Shown one piece after another: positions 18,852-28,430 of a stretch of 64,000 nucleotides of DNA. The position numbers and the translations under genes were made by a program. The notes under the pieces were generated by a model, which had not been told where the DNA came from, made no database searches, and saw only the letters and a program-made list of their open reading frames with translations. The stretch's first letter is position 1. Each line of letters starts with the position of its first letter. The DNA lies in the NCBI GenBank assembly GCA_035544015.1, contig DATKIP010000076.1, positions 64,299 to 128,298 on the forward strand, written 5' to 3'. Source of the DNA: Candidatus Saccharimonadia bacterium. GTDB taxonomy: Bacteria; Patescibacteriota; Saccharimonadia; UBA4664.

Positions 18852-19340
18852 TGGTCATGAGAAGCACTTACGCTTCGACCACCACCAGACCTTGAAAAAT
18901 CCCTTCGCCGAGCACTAAGTGCACTCGCCACCACGAGTTCACCTAGTGCCCCCCGAAACATCTTTCGAGAATTTCTCGGAGCACAGAAGCACCAGCTTCA
19001 AAAAAACCGGTCGACAAAGACTAAAGCTCACGCCTGGTTGAATTTCAACCAAGTAGCGAAGCTACAGTCCTCGTCATATAAGACCGAAACCAGCTTAGCT
19101 CAGCATCTGCTAACAACTCACGTCCAAAAGACGCGCAGCTACATAAGCACCAAAGAAGCTGCTGAAGATCCTCGGATCGTCAGTGTAACCCAACCCTATC
19201 CACCCTTTGTTGAACTAGAAATAGTTCAATGCAACACTGATTAGAAATAGTCAAAGCAACAAAGAAGAGTAAGGCGCGGGTATTCTGAATCATCCGTCCG
19301 CATCCCAAAACCCCGCCCTAAACCGGCGGGTTTTTGTTGT
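18852..19340 (+). ncRNA. Putative ~490-nt structured non-coding RNA of unknown family
   Basis: Bounded by promoter and terminator; no credible ORF; more than 10 short hairpins including two GAAA-loop stems, with G-U pairs favouring the + strand. Confidence 0.55.
19307..19340 (+). terminator. Rho-independent terminator
   Basis: AAAA-C-CCCGCC-CTAAACC-GGCGGG-TTTTTGTTGT. Confidence 0.85.
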
Positions 19341-19366
19341 TACTTCCGATCGATGTGCAGCACAGC

Positions 19367-19470
19367 ACTATTCCACTTTTCGGAATAGTTAAAAGATTCA
19401 TCCAAGATTATGGCTCTACAAAAGCCTAAAAAACTCCCCTTACACGTACTATTCCAGAAAATGGAATAGT
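19367..19470. repeat. Dispersed double-palindrome element, copy 1
   Basis: ACTATTCC-ACTTTTC-GGAATAGT, 58 nt, ACTATTCC-AGAAAAT-GGAATAGT; second copy at 42461-42561. Confidence 0.85.
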
Positions 19471-19554
19471 ACCAATGCACGTGTGTCCGGAAAGGTCCCG
19501 CCACCGCACCCGGGTACACCCGTGGCCCCATAGCAAGTTATACTAACCATAACC

Positions 19555-21978
19555 ATGAAGAACGACACCACCGGCCTCACCTCCCGCGAAGCTGCCAAAC
19601 GCCTGGCCAAATACGGCCCCAACGCCCTCGCCCAGGGCAAATCCCGCCCGCCCGTGCTGGCGTTTCTGTCGCGCTTTAGCAACCCGCTGGTCATCATCCT
19701 GCTGTTTGCCGCCACGCTCTCGGCTTTTCTCGGCGATCGCATCAGCTTCATTATCATCATCGCCATTGTGCTCGTGAGCACCGTGCTCGATTTCTTCAAC
19801 AGTTACCGCTCCGAAAAAGCCGCCGAAGCGCTCAAAAATCGCGTGCGCGTGGAAGCCGAAGTGCTGCGCGACCACAAGTGGCTTAGCCTGCCGCTGGCCG
19901 AGCTCGTGCCGGGGGACGTGGTCAAGCTCACCGCCGGTCGCCTCATCCCGGCCGATGGCATTGTGCTCGAAGGCAAAGATTTGGCCGCCAACGAATCCAG
20001 CCTCACCGGCGAATCGTTCCCCGTGGGCAAGCCGCCGCAGGCCGAGCTGTACCTGGGCTCGAGCATCATCAGCGGCTCCGGCCTGATGCGCGTCGAGCAA
20101 ACCGGCGCCGGCACCAAATTTTCGCACATCGCCCGCGCGCTGTCGTCGCAAGACACCCCCACCGAATTTGACCGCGAAATTAAAGATTTTAGCTTACTGA
20201 TCATCAAAATCACTACCGTTCTGGTGGTCGTGATCTTCACGTTCAACACCATCTTCCGCCCCGGCCAGCTCCTCGAATCGTTGCTCTTTAGCGTTGCCCT
20301 GGCCGTGGGCCTCACGCCCGAGCTACTGCCGCTCATTATCACGCTCAACCTCACCAAAGGCTCGCTCGCCATGGCTAAGCACGGTGTGATCGTGAAACAC
20401 CTGAGCTCCATCCAAAACCTCGGCTCCATGGACGTGCTGTGCACCGACAAAACCGGCACACTCACCGAAGACCACATTGCCCTCGTCCGCCACGTCGACG
20501 GCTTCGGCGCCGAATCGCCGTCCGTGCTACTCTACGGTTACCTGGCCAGCCGCTTCACCACCGGCTTCGAAAATCCGCTCGACGCCGCCGTGCGCGCGTT
20601 CAAGACCGTCGACATCAAGGGCTACACCAAGCTCGACGAAATTCCCTACGACTTCGAGCGCAAACGTGAATCCGTGGTGATGGCGCACGGTCGCGGCCAA
20701 ATGCTCGTCACCAAAGGCGCGCCGGAAGAAATCATGCGCCTGTGCACTACCTACGCCGACGGCCGCCCGTTCGAGGCCGTCAAGGCCGAGGTGCAGGCCC
20801 AGTACGAGACCCTCAGCTCCCAGGGCTTCCGGGTGCTCGCCGTCGCCACCCGCCGTGTTCCCAAGCAGCCGCGCTACGAGCCCGACGCCGAGCATGATTT
20901 CACCTTCAACGGTTTCATGGCCTTCCTCGATCCCGCTAAGCAGTCGGTGAAAGCCACCCTCGAGCAGCTCAACGAATACGGCATTCACATCAAGATCGTC
21001 ACCGGCGACAATGCTCTCGTGACGCGCAAAATCGCCGACGACATCGGACTGCCCATCGCCGGTATCCTCACGGGCGCCGAAATCGACCGCCTCAGCCGTC
21101 CCCAGCTGCGCGATGCCGTCGAGACCACCACCATCTTTGCCCGCGTCAATCCCGAGCAAAAGTTGCGCATCATCGAGCAACTGCGCGCCGGCAAACATGT
21201 CGTTGGCTACCTCGGCGACGGCATCAATGACGCCCCCGCCCTCAAGGCCGCCGACATTGGCATCTCCGTCAACAATGCCGTCGATGTCGCCAAAGCCACG
21301 GCCGACCTCATCCTTCTGCGCAAATCCCTCGAAAGCCTCACCGCCGGCATCATTGAAGGGCGCCGCACCTACGCCAATACGCTCAAGTACCTCATGATGT
21401 CGCTGGGGTCAAACTTTGGCAATATGTTTTCAATGGCCGCCGGTTCGCTGTTTCTGCCGTTTCTGCCCATGCAAGCCACGCAAATTCTCCTCACCAACCT
21501 GCTCTATGACACCTCGCAATTCGCCCTGCCCCTCGATGGCGTCGACCCCGAGGGCCTCAAGCGCCCCCGCACCCTGAGCATCGCCGGTCTGCGCCGCGCC
21601 ATGTGGACCTTTGGCCCCCTGAGCTCTCTCTTTGACTTCGCCACGTTCGGCTTGCTGCTCTGGGTGTTTCACTTTGGCTCGGCGCAATTCCAGACCGGCT
21701 GGTTCCTCGAATCCGTCGCCACCCAAACCTTCGTGGTCTACATTATTCGCACGCGCAAGCTGCCGTTTATCCAGAGCCGACCCAGTCCGTATCTGGTGAT
21801 CAGCACCGTCGCTACTGTACTGGCGGGATACGGCATCGCGCTCAGTGCCGTCGGCCGGCTCTTCGGCTTTGAGCCGCTGCCCTTCCCGGCCCTGGCCGCC
21901 ATCGTGGCTGTCGTGGCGGCCTACCTGCTGGTAGCCGAAGCTGTGAAACGCCAGGTATTTGCCCGTCTCAACCTATAA
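19555..21978 (+). CDS. mgtA: Magnesium-translocating P-type ATPase
   Basis: LTGES, GLTPELLP, DKTGTLT, GDGINDAP, SNFGNMFS, TGWFLES. Confidence 0.92.
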   Translation: MKNDTTGLTSREAAKRLAKYGPNALAQGKSRPPVLAFLSRFSNPLVIILLFAATLSAFLGDRISFIIIIAIVLVSTVLDFFNSYRSEKAAEALKNRVRVEAEVLRDHKWLSLPLAELVPGDVVKLTAGRLIPADGIVLEGKDLAANESSLTGESFPVGKPPQAELYLGSSIISGSGLMRVEQTGAGTKFSHIARALSSQDTPTEFDREIKDFSLLIIKITTVLVVVIFTFNTIFRPGQLLESLLFSVALAVGLTPELLPLIITLNLTKGSLAMAKHGVIVKHLSSIQNLGSMDVLCTDKTGTLTEDHIALVRHVDGFGAESPSVLLYGYLASRFTTGFENPLDAAVRAFKTVDIKGYTKLDEIPYDFERKRESVVMAHGRGQMLVTKGAPEEIMRLCTTYADGRPFEAVKAEVQAQYETLSSQGFRVLAVATRRVPKQPRYEPDAEHDFTFNGFMAFLDPAKQSVKATLEQLNEYGIHIKIVTGDNALVTRKIADDIGLPIAGILTGAEIDRLSRPQLRDAVETTTIFARVNPEQKLRIIEQLRAGKHVVGYLGDGINDAPALKAADIGISVNNAVDVAKATADLILLRKSLESLTAGIIEGRRTYANTLKYLMMSLGSNFGNMFSMAAGSLFLPFLPMQATQILLTNLLYDTSQFALPLDGVDPEGLKRPRTLSIAGLRRAMWTFGPLSSLFDFATFGLLLWVFHFGSAQFQTGWFLESVATQTFVVYIIRTRKLPFIQSRPSPYLVISTVATVLAGYGIALSAVGRLFGFEPLPFPALAAIVAVVAAYLLVAEAVKRQVFARLNL

Positions 21979-22054
21979 TTAGGAGAATCGCCAGTTGCCT
22001 TGGCCGACCGATTCCGGCATGCTAAAAAATACTCGTTAATGCTGGATTAGTACG

Positions 22055-23425
22055 TTGCTGCCACCAGAACTCCGCCAATACTCCAACCGAAAATTGTTTG
22101 TCGCCTTAGCCGCCATGATCGCGGCTACCTTCGTAACCACCGCGGCCACGATTTTCACGATCTCCACCCTGGTGGTCTACCGGCAGGGTGCACAGGCGCA
22201 CAACGACGCGCGCATCCAGATCGGCCAACTCCTTACCAGTCTCGCCGATGCCGAAACCGGCCAGCGCGGCTATCTGCTCACCGGCGATACCACCTATCTC
22301 GGACCCTATAGTATGGCCGCCAACCATATACCGGGACAACTCGCAGACATCATCACTCGCACCAAAGGCGACATTGCTCAAGTCCAAATAAATAAATTAA
22401 GCACTCTGGTAAAGCAAAAGCTAACTGAACTCGCAGGTACCATTACGCTGAGGCAATCCGGCGACACCGCTGCCGCCCAGCAAGTCGTGGCGTCCGGCAC
22501 GAGCAAGGTCTTGACGGACCAGATCCGCAGCGTCGCGCAAGAGGTACAAAGTGCCGAGGCCGCCCAGATCGACCGCGACCGCTCCAACATTACCACGTTG
22601 GCTGCTTTAGCCCGCGACATCAGCGTGGTGAGCGTGATAATCGTCATCGGCCTGTCGATCGTGGTGTACTGGACCTACCTCAAGGCCATCCAGAGCGAGC
22701 GGGTACTCGACCGCGCCAAAGACGAGTTTGTCTCGCTGGCTTCACATCAATTGCGCACGCCCGCCACCGGCATCAAATCCATTCTCTCCACCCTGGCCGC
22801 CGGCGATTTTGGCCCGCTCAACGACCGGCAACAGTATTTCTTGCGCCGTGCCCTCGAAAGCAGCGAGCGCGAGCTCGGCATCATCGAAGAGCTGCTCAAT
22901 GTTGCCAAAGCCGATGCTGGCCGTCTCATCTTGCACATCTCCACCTTCGAGCTAGGCGGCCTCATTGACACCATTGTAGGCGAACAGCGCGCTGCCATTA
23001 CCGAAAAACAGCAGGAACTGACCGTTAAACGCCCGTCGCGCCCCATCACCCTCGTGGCCGATGAAGAAAAGCTCTATATGGCCATTGGCAACCTGCTCGA
23101 CAACGCTCGCAAGTACACGCCTGAATTCGGAAAAATTGCTATAACCATATCAAATTCCCATGGCATAGCCAAAATAGAGGTAGCCGACAGCGGCATTGGC
23201 ATCGACTCAGAGGAAATTAACCACATCTTCGACCGATTCCACCGCGCCAGCGAGGCCGTACGCGACCAAGTCGAAGGCGCCGGCCTGGGCCTCTATCTGG
23301 CCAGCCGCATCGCTCAATTGCACGAAGGCAGCATCGAAGTTAGCTCAAGGCTCGGAAAAGGCACAAAATTTGTTATGATACTCCCACAGGGAGATCAAGA
23401 TGCTGCCGAAGGTGCTGCTAATTGA
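22055..23425 (+). CDS. CHASE3-domain sensor histidine kinase
   Basis: DAETGQRGYLLTGD..YLGPY (CHASE3), ASHQLRTP, NLLDNA, GAGLGL. Confidence 0.9.
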   Translation: MLPPELRQYSNRKLFVALAAMIAATFVTTAATIFTISTLVVYRQGAQAHNDARIQIGQLLTSLADAETGQRGYLLTGDTTYLGPYSMAANHIPGQLADIITRTKGDIAQVQINKLSTLVKQKLTELAGTITLRQSGDTAAAQQVVASGTSKVLTDQIRSVAQEVQSAEAAQIDRDRSNITTLAALARDISVVSVIIVIGLSIVVYWTYLKAIQSERVLDRAKDEFVSLASHQLRTPATGIKSILSTLAAGDFGPLNDRQQYFLRRALESSERELGIIEELLNVAKADAGRLILHISTFELGGLIDTIVGEQRAAITEKQQELTVKRPSRPITLVADEEKLYMAIGNLLDNARKYTPEFGKIAITISNSHGIAKIEVADSGIGIDSEEINHIFDRFHRASEAVRDQVEGAGLGLYLASRIAQLHEGSIEVSSRLGKGTKFVMILPQGDQDAAEGAAN

Positions 23426-23771
23426 AGACGACGACGTCATCCGGGAAATTTATGCCATGAAGTTCGAGCTCGACGGCTTCCCGGTGGCTTCAGCCTCAAA
23501 TGGGCGGATCGGGCTGCAAATGGTCGAAGATTTTGAACCGCAAGTTATCTTGCTCGACATGATGATGCCGGTGATGGGTGGGCTGGAGTTTATGCAGGCA
23601 CTCAAAAAGCAAGGCCGAGCGCTGCCGGACGTGATCGTGTTCTCCAATATCTCTGCCCCCAAGCAGGTCGACGCCGTGATGCGGCTGGGCGCCAAGGCCT
23701 ACTGGACCAAATCCGACTACACCCCCGACCGCGTCTCCAACGAACTCGTAAAACTATGGAACGATAAGTGA
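23400..23771 (+). CDS. Single-domain response regulator
   Basis: VLLIEDD, LLDMMMP, receiver only. Confidence 0.9.
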   Translation: MLPKVLLIEDDDVIREIYAMKFELDGFPVASASNGRIGLQMVEDFEPQVILLDMMMPVMGGLEFMQALKKQGRALPDVIVFSNISAPKQVDAVMRLGAKAYWTKSDYTPDRVSNELVKLWNDK

Positions 23772-24556
23772 AACTCCTCACCGGCCGCGACATCGCGGAC
23801 TTTATCGCCGAGCGGCATGCGCGCGTTATTGCCGGGCTCCCGACGCCTCCCCGGCTGGCCATTATTCGCTCCAAAGATAACGAAGCCGGCGACAAATATC
23901 TGAAAATGAAGCGTAAATACGGCGAAGATATCGGCATTGCCGTCGATCTGTATGTCGAGACATCCGCCACCATCATAGACCGCATCGCCGCGCTGGGCGC
24001 CGACCCTGCCGTCACCGGCCTCATCATCCAGCTGCCCCTCACCGGCGCCGCCGCGATCACCGACCGGGCGCTGGCGGCCATCGACCCGGCCAAGGATGTG
24101 GACGGCCTCGCCCCCGGCACCGCCTTCGAGGCCGCCACGCCCAAGGCCGCATTGTGGCTGCTGGCTTCGCACGGCGTAGATTTGAAGGGCCGCATCGTGG
24201 TGGTGGGGCAGGGGAGGCTGGTGGGTAAGCCCCTGGCCGACCGTCTCGAAGCCTCCGGCCACGACGTGGTGCGCTGCGACATCAATACCAAAGACCTGCG
24301 GGCCGAAACCCTCCAGGCCGACATCCTATTTACCGGCACCGGCGTTGAGCACCTCATAAAGCCCGATATGGTCAAAACCGGCGCCGTGCTCGTAGACACC
24401 GGCTCCCCCAAGAGCGAATTCGACCCCGCCCTCTACGAGCGCGACGACCTCACCATCACCCCCAATCCCGGCGGCGTCGGCCCCATGACCGTCGTGAGCC
24501 TGTTTGACAACCTCATCATTGCCGCCCAAAAGCAAGCCTATGCCCATCGCGCCTGA
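23768..24556 (+). CDS. folD: Methylenetetrahydrofolate dehydrogenase/cyclohydrolase
   Basis: IIQLPL, KDVDG, VGQGRLVGKP, TPNPGGVGPMT. Confidence 0.92.
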   Translation: MKLLTGRDIADFIAERHARVIAGLPTPPRLAIIRSKDNEAGDKYLKMKRKYGEDIGIAVDLYVETSATIIDRIAALGADPAVTGLIIQLPLTGAAAITDRALAAIDPAKDVDGLAPGTAFEAATPKAALWLLASHGVDLKGRIVVVGQGRLVGKPLADRLEASGHDVVRCDINTKDLRAETLQADILFTGTGVEHLIKPDMVKTGAVLVDTGSPKSEFDPALYERDDLTITPNPGGVGPMTVVSLFDNLIIAAQKQAYAHRA

Positions 24557-25337
24557 ATTCCTTACCGCCGCCAGTAAGCGCATCCGCGCGACGCTCATGG
24601 AGCTGCGCCCGCAACTGCTGCAAGCTCACGGCGCCATCGAGCACGAGCTCAAAGACGACGCCTCGGCCGTCACCGAGATGGACCTCTTGGTCGAAAAGCG
24701 CCTCCACGAAGCCCTCGGCGAGCTCGATCCCACCATCGGCCTGGCCGGTGAAGAAACCGGCGCCGACTTCGATCAAGAAACCTTCTGGCTCGTCGACCCC
24801 ATCGACGGCACCGAGCCGTTCATTCGCGGCCTGCCGTTTTCCACCAACATGATCGCGCTCATCCACCACGGCGAGCCCATTATGTCCGTCATCTACAACT
24901 TCTTTCTCGACGAGTATTACCACGCAGTAAAGGGGGAGGGTGCCACCATGAACGGCCACCCCATTCACGTTTCGGATCGCCCCATGGACCGGGCCTATGT
25001 AGTTTTCGGCTCCAAACTCAAGGACCCCAAGCTGTTCGGCCTCACCGACCGCCTCCGCCAGCGCGTTCTCGGCTTGCCGCAAATGGCTGGCGCAGGATAC
25101 ACCTACGCCTCCATCGCCGCCGGCCAGCTCGACGGCCTCGTGGCCTACAACGGCCGGGGCAAGCCCTGGGACCATGCTCCCGGCACACTCCTCGTACGCG
25201 AAGCCGGCGGCCGCGTCGAAAACCTTTTTAGCCCCAGCTACGACTACCGCAATCTCGAACTTGTAGCCGCCGCTCCCAGTATTTTCCCCGAACTCAAACA
25301 ATTTTTCGAAGACGAAATTTCGGCCGTCGGCAAATAA
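24540..25337 (+). CDS. Inositol monophosphatase family protein
   Basis: GEE, WLVDPIDGT, PWDHAPG. Confidence 0.9.
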   Translation: MPIAPEFLTAASKRIRATLMELRPQLLQAHGAIEHELKDDASAVTEMDLLVEKRLHEALGELDPTIGLAGEETGADFDQETFWLVDPIDGTEPFIRGLPFSTNMIALIHHGEPIMSVIYNFFLDEYYHAVKGEGATMNGHPIHVSDRPMDRAYVVFGSKLKDPKLFGLTDRLRQRVLGLPQMAGAGYTYASIAAGQLDGLVAYNGRGKPWDHAPGTLLVREAGGRVENLFSPSYDYRNLELVAAAPSIFPELKQFFEDEISAVGK

Positions 25338-25368
25338 AAAGATTCGGCCCATAAGCTATAATCCCTAT

Positions 25369-26040
25369 ATGACAGAACACGAACCTAGCCCCGACCAACC
25401 CGAAAACCTCAAATCGCCCGCGCCACCCGCATCGGCGGAGGTGGGCGAAACAGCCGGAGCCGAGTTCGAACAAGAGCTGGCAAAAATACATGAGCTAAAA
25501 CGGCGCATTCTCATTGCTCTGGTGGGCGAAGACCAGTACCACGCAGAAGAAGCGACGCTGGGAGACTCGGCCGAAGCTAAATTTAACGCCCTCGCGCAAG
25601 GGGACTTCACTGCCGTGATGGAAGGAGCCGATGAAGAGCCTGGGCAATTTGCGCTGGAAGATGCCGAACTCCTACAGCGCAAATTCGAGGCGCGGACGCT
25701 GGATCATTACAACTTGCCAGCCGGGTCGAACAACGTAGTGCATACCGCGGGCACCGAAGCCGGACTGGATGAAGCCGGCCGCCGCAACTACCGCTATACC
25801 GAATATCGCGTAGACGGCGGGCAACTCATGGGCCAAGACCGCGTCTCCGCCCACGGGCAGCCCACCGCGGCTGAGCCCCAGCCGGTGCCGGCTATGGATG
25901 CAGCGCTCATCACCGCCAAACTCGCAGCCTATCGCGAACAACTCGAGGCGCTGGCCGCCGCCACTCCCGATGAAATCCGCGCCCGGCTGCAACCCCCGCC
26001 CAGCCCCGAGGCCGCTAGTACCGATAATGCTCCGGCTTAA
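25369..26040 (+). CDS. Acidic hypothetical protein
   Basis: 223-aa ORF with TATAAT ~7 nt before the ATG; overlaps the ahcY 3' end by 26 bp. Confidence 0.6.
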   Translation: MTEHEPSPDQPENLKSPAPPASAEVGETAGAEFEQELAKIHELKRRILIALVGEDQYHAEEATLGDSAEAKFNALAQGDFTAVMEGADEEPGQFALEDAELLQRKFEARTLDHYNLPAGSNNVVHTAGTEAGLDEAGRRNYRYTEYRVDGGQLMGQDRVSAHGQPTAAEPQPVPAMDAALITAKLAAYREQLEALAAATPDEIRARLQPPPSPEAASTDNAPA

Positions 26041-27313
26041 ACGGCCCGTCGCGGTGCGCTCCCAGGTACTCCGCTTGTTCCTCGGTGAGCCGGCTCAGCC
26101 GCCCGCCAAGCGCCTCGAGGTGAATCACCGCCACCTTTTCGTCGAGCTCCTTGGGCAGGCGCGTCACGCCTACTTTGTGCGGTTTTTGCCACAGCTCCAG
26201 CTGCGCCAGCACCTGGTTTGAAAACGATGTACTCATCACAAACGACGGGTGCCCCGTGGCGCACCCCAAATTCACGAGCCGCCCCTCGGCCAGCAAAATA
26301 ATCCGGTGGCCGTCCGCAAACGTGTACACATCCACCTGCGGCTTCAGCGCCTCTTTTTTCACGCCGGGCGCCGCATTCAGCTGCGCCACCTGAATCTCCA
26401 CGTCGAAGTGCCCGATGTTGCACACGATCGCCGTGTCTTTCATGACCTGCATGTGACCAAGCGTAATCACGTCGCGGCAGCCGGTGGTGGTCACAAACAC
26501 ATCGCCGAGCTTGGCCGCATGCTCCATCGTCACCACCTCGAAGCCCTCCATCATCGCCTGCAGCGCACAGATCGGGTCGATCTCGGTCACGAGCACGCGG
26601 CAGCCGTACGAATCCAGCGACTGCGCGCAACCCTTGCCCACGTCGCCGTACCCTGCCACCACCGCCACTTTGCCGGCCAGCATCACGTCAGTAGCGCGCT
26701 TAATGCCGTCCACCAGCGACTCGCGGCAACCGTATTTGTTGTCGAATTTGCTCTTGGTCACCGAGTCGTTCACGTTGATCGCCGGCAATTTGAGCTCGCC
26801 GCGCTCCAGCATGCGGTGCAAGTTGTGCACGCCGGTGGTCGTTTCTTCGCTCACGCCCTTAATCGCATCCAGCAGTTCCGGGTGCTTCTCGTGCACCAGT
26901 TTCGTGAGGTCCCCGCCGTCGTCGAGCAGCAAATTCGGCCCTTGGCCGTCGCCAAACCCTAGCGTTTGCTCCATGCACCACCAGTACTCGTCCTCGCTCT
27001 CACCCTTCCACGCAAACACCGCCACCCCCGCCGCCGCCACGGCTGCCGCCGCTTGGTCTTGGGTGCTAAAAATATTGCAGCTGGCCCAGCGCACCTCGGC
27101 GCCCAGCTCCACGAGCGTCTCGATGAGTACCGCCGTTTGAATCGTCATGTGCAAGCTTCCGGCAATGCGAGCACCCGCCAGAGGCTTAGTGGAGCCAAAT
27201 TCCCGCCGCAGGCTCATGAGCCCCGGCATTTCGCTCTCGGCCAGGCGAATCTCTTTGCGGCCCCATTCAGCCAGGTCCATATCGGCCACTTTGTAATCGG
27301 TATTCGTCGTCAT
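26015..27313 (-). CDS. ahcY: S-adenosylhomocysteine hydrolase
   Basis: [54 protein letters not shown]. Confidence 0.97.
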   Translation of the reverse strand: MTTNTDYKVADMDLAEWGRKEIRLAESEMPGLMSLRREFGSTKPLAGARIAGSLHMTIQTAVLIETLVELGAEVRWASCNIFSTQDQAAAAVAAAGVAVFAWKGESEDEYWWCMEQTLGFGDGQGPNLLLDDGGDLTKLVHEKHPELLDAIKGVSEETTTGVHNLHRMLERGELKLPAINVNDSVTKSKFDNKYGCRESLVDGIKRATDVMLAGKVAVVAGYGDVGKGCAQSLDSYGCRVLVTEIDPICALQAMMEGFEVVTMEHAAKLGDVFVTTTGCRDVITLGHMQVMKDTAIVCNIGHFDVEIQVAQLNAAPGVKKEALKPQVDVYTFADGHRIILLAEGRLVNLGCATGHPSFVMSTSFSNQVLAQLELWQKPHKVGVTRLPKELDEKVAVIHLEALGGRLSRLTEEQAEYLGAHRDGPFKPEHYRY

Positions 27314-27331
27314 AATCGTGTCATCCTTTTG

Positions 27332-28291
27332 CTAATCCTCCGGCAGCCCCGCGCCAAACGCCGTCTCGTAACGCGCCGCCACCTCCGCCAGGTCAAACGT
27401 GTGCCCCTGCGTGCCGTCAGTCTCTACCGCGTACGCCGCGCAGGTGGCGCCCAGCTGCGCGCACGCCTCCCATTCCCAACCACGCCGCCAGCCGTACACA
27501 AACCCGGCGCGATAAGCATCGCCGGCGCCGGTGGGGTCGGCTACGCGCACCGGCTTCACCGCCGGTACCTTCACCGGCGTGCCCACGCGCAGTCCCTCCA
27601 CCACCGAGCCGCGCCCACCCAGCGTGGTCACCACCGTCGGCACCTGGGCCTTAATGTCGGCCGGCTCCAACCCCGTTTTGGCCGCCAGCATGGCCATTTC
27701 GTACTCGTTCACCATCAGCAATTCGGCCGCGTCGAGCCCCGCCCGCAAATCTTCCGCCGGCAAGTTGCTCACCTGCTGCCCCACGTCGTACAGCAGCCGC
27801 AGTCCCCATCGCACACATTCCGCCACTTGCCGGCGCATGCCGTCCGGATCGTGCGACGACACTATGCAAATTGGGTTTTTAGCCTTCCAGGGGCCAAAAT
27901 TCAAATTTTCACTATCACCCATCGCTCCCGGGAAAAATCCTCCCACCTGATGCTGCTGGCCGTCGGTAATGACGTGGAACGTGGCCGTCGGCAGATGGCT
28001 GCGATGCACATGCTCGATATTGACGCCGTAATTGGCCAGCTGCTCCATGTATCCATCCGACTCGCGCCCAGCCGAGCCAAGCAGCACCGGCTCCTCGCCC
28101 AAAAGTGCCAGCGAGTAGCAAATATTCGCCCCGCCGCCGCCGTGCGTTTCGTACAGTTCATCCACCAAAATCGACACCGACAGCGCCTCAAGCTGCTCCG
28201 GCCGAAGGTAATCGCTGTAATGGCCTTTAAAACTCATAATTCGATCCACCGCGACCGACCCGGACACCACAAGAGGGGAGAGTTGTTTCAT
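27332..28291 (-). CDS. PfkB-family kinase, probable adenosine kinase
   Basis: GSVAVDRIM, GGGGANI, NEYE, DPTGAGDAYRAG; co-oriented upstream of ahcY. Confidence 0.85.
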   Translation of the reverse strand: MKQLSPLVVSGSVAVDRIMSFKGHYSDYLRPEQLEALSVSILVDELYETHGGGGANICYSLALLGEEPVLLGSAGRESDGYMEQLANYGVNIEHVHRSHLPTATFHVITDGQQHQVGGFFPGAMGDSENLNFGPWKAKNPICIVSSHDPDGMRRQVAECVRWGLRLLYDVGQQVSNLPAEDLRAGLDAAELLMVNEYEMAMLAAKTGLEPADIKAQVPTVVTTLGGRGSVVEGLRVGTPVKVPAVKPVRVADPTGAGDAYRAGFVYGWRRGWEWEACAQLGATCAAYAVETDGTQGHTFDLAEVAARYETAFGAGLPED

Positions 28292-28430
28292 GAGACCAAT
28301 ATTACCAACAAAACCTCCTTGCCTACAACGTAATAATATTTACAAAAGTCAACAAATTTGCTACAATGCGGCGGTTCCGGGGCTTTAGTTCCCCATTCTT
28401 CGCAGTTCTTCGACAGAAAGGTTTCCCCCG

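Noticed and set aside
19038-19244. 68-aa ORF inside the putative ncRNA
   Set aside because: TTG start within a hairpin, no RBS, atypical codons, no motifs
18852-19340. tmRNA, RNase P, SRP, 6S or M-box riboswitch identity for the non-coding unit upstream of mgtA
   Set aside because: No GGGG..TTCGAC/TCCACCA ends and no GAGGAAAGTCC; only a GTCCAAAAGAC hairpin resembles the M-box; a terminator and a repeat element separate it from mgtA, which has its own -10 box
26966-28333. 455-aa + strand ORF, and similar long ORFs at 35586..36641, 42937..44454, 24516..25352 and 2769..3497
   Set aside because: Antisense shadows of well-supported GC-rich genes; no recognisable motifs
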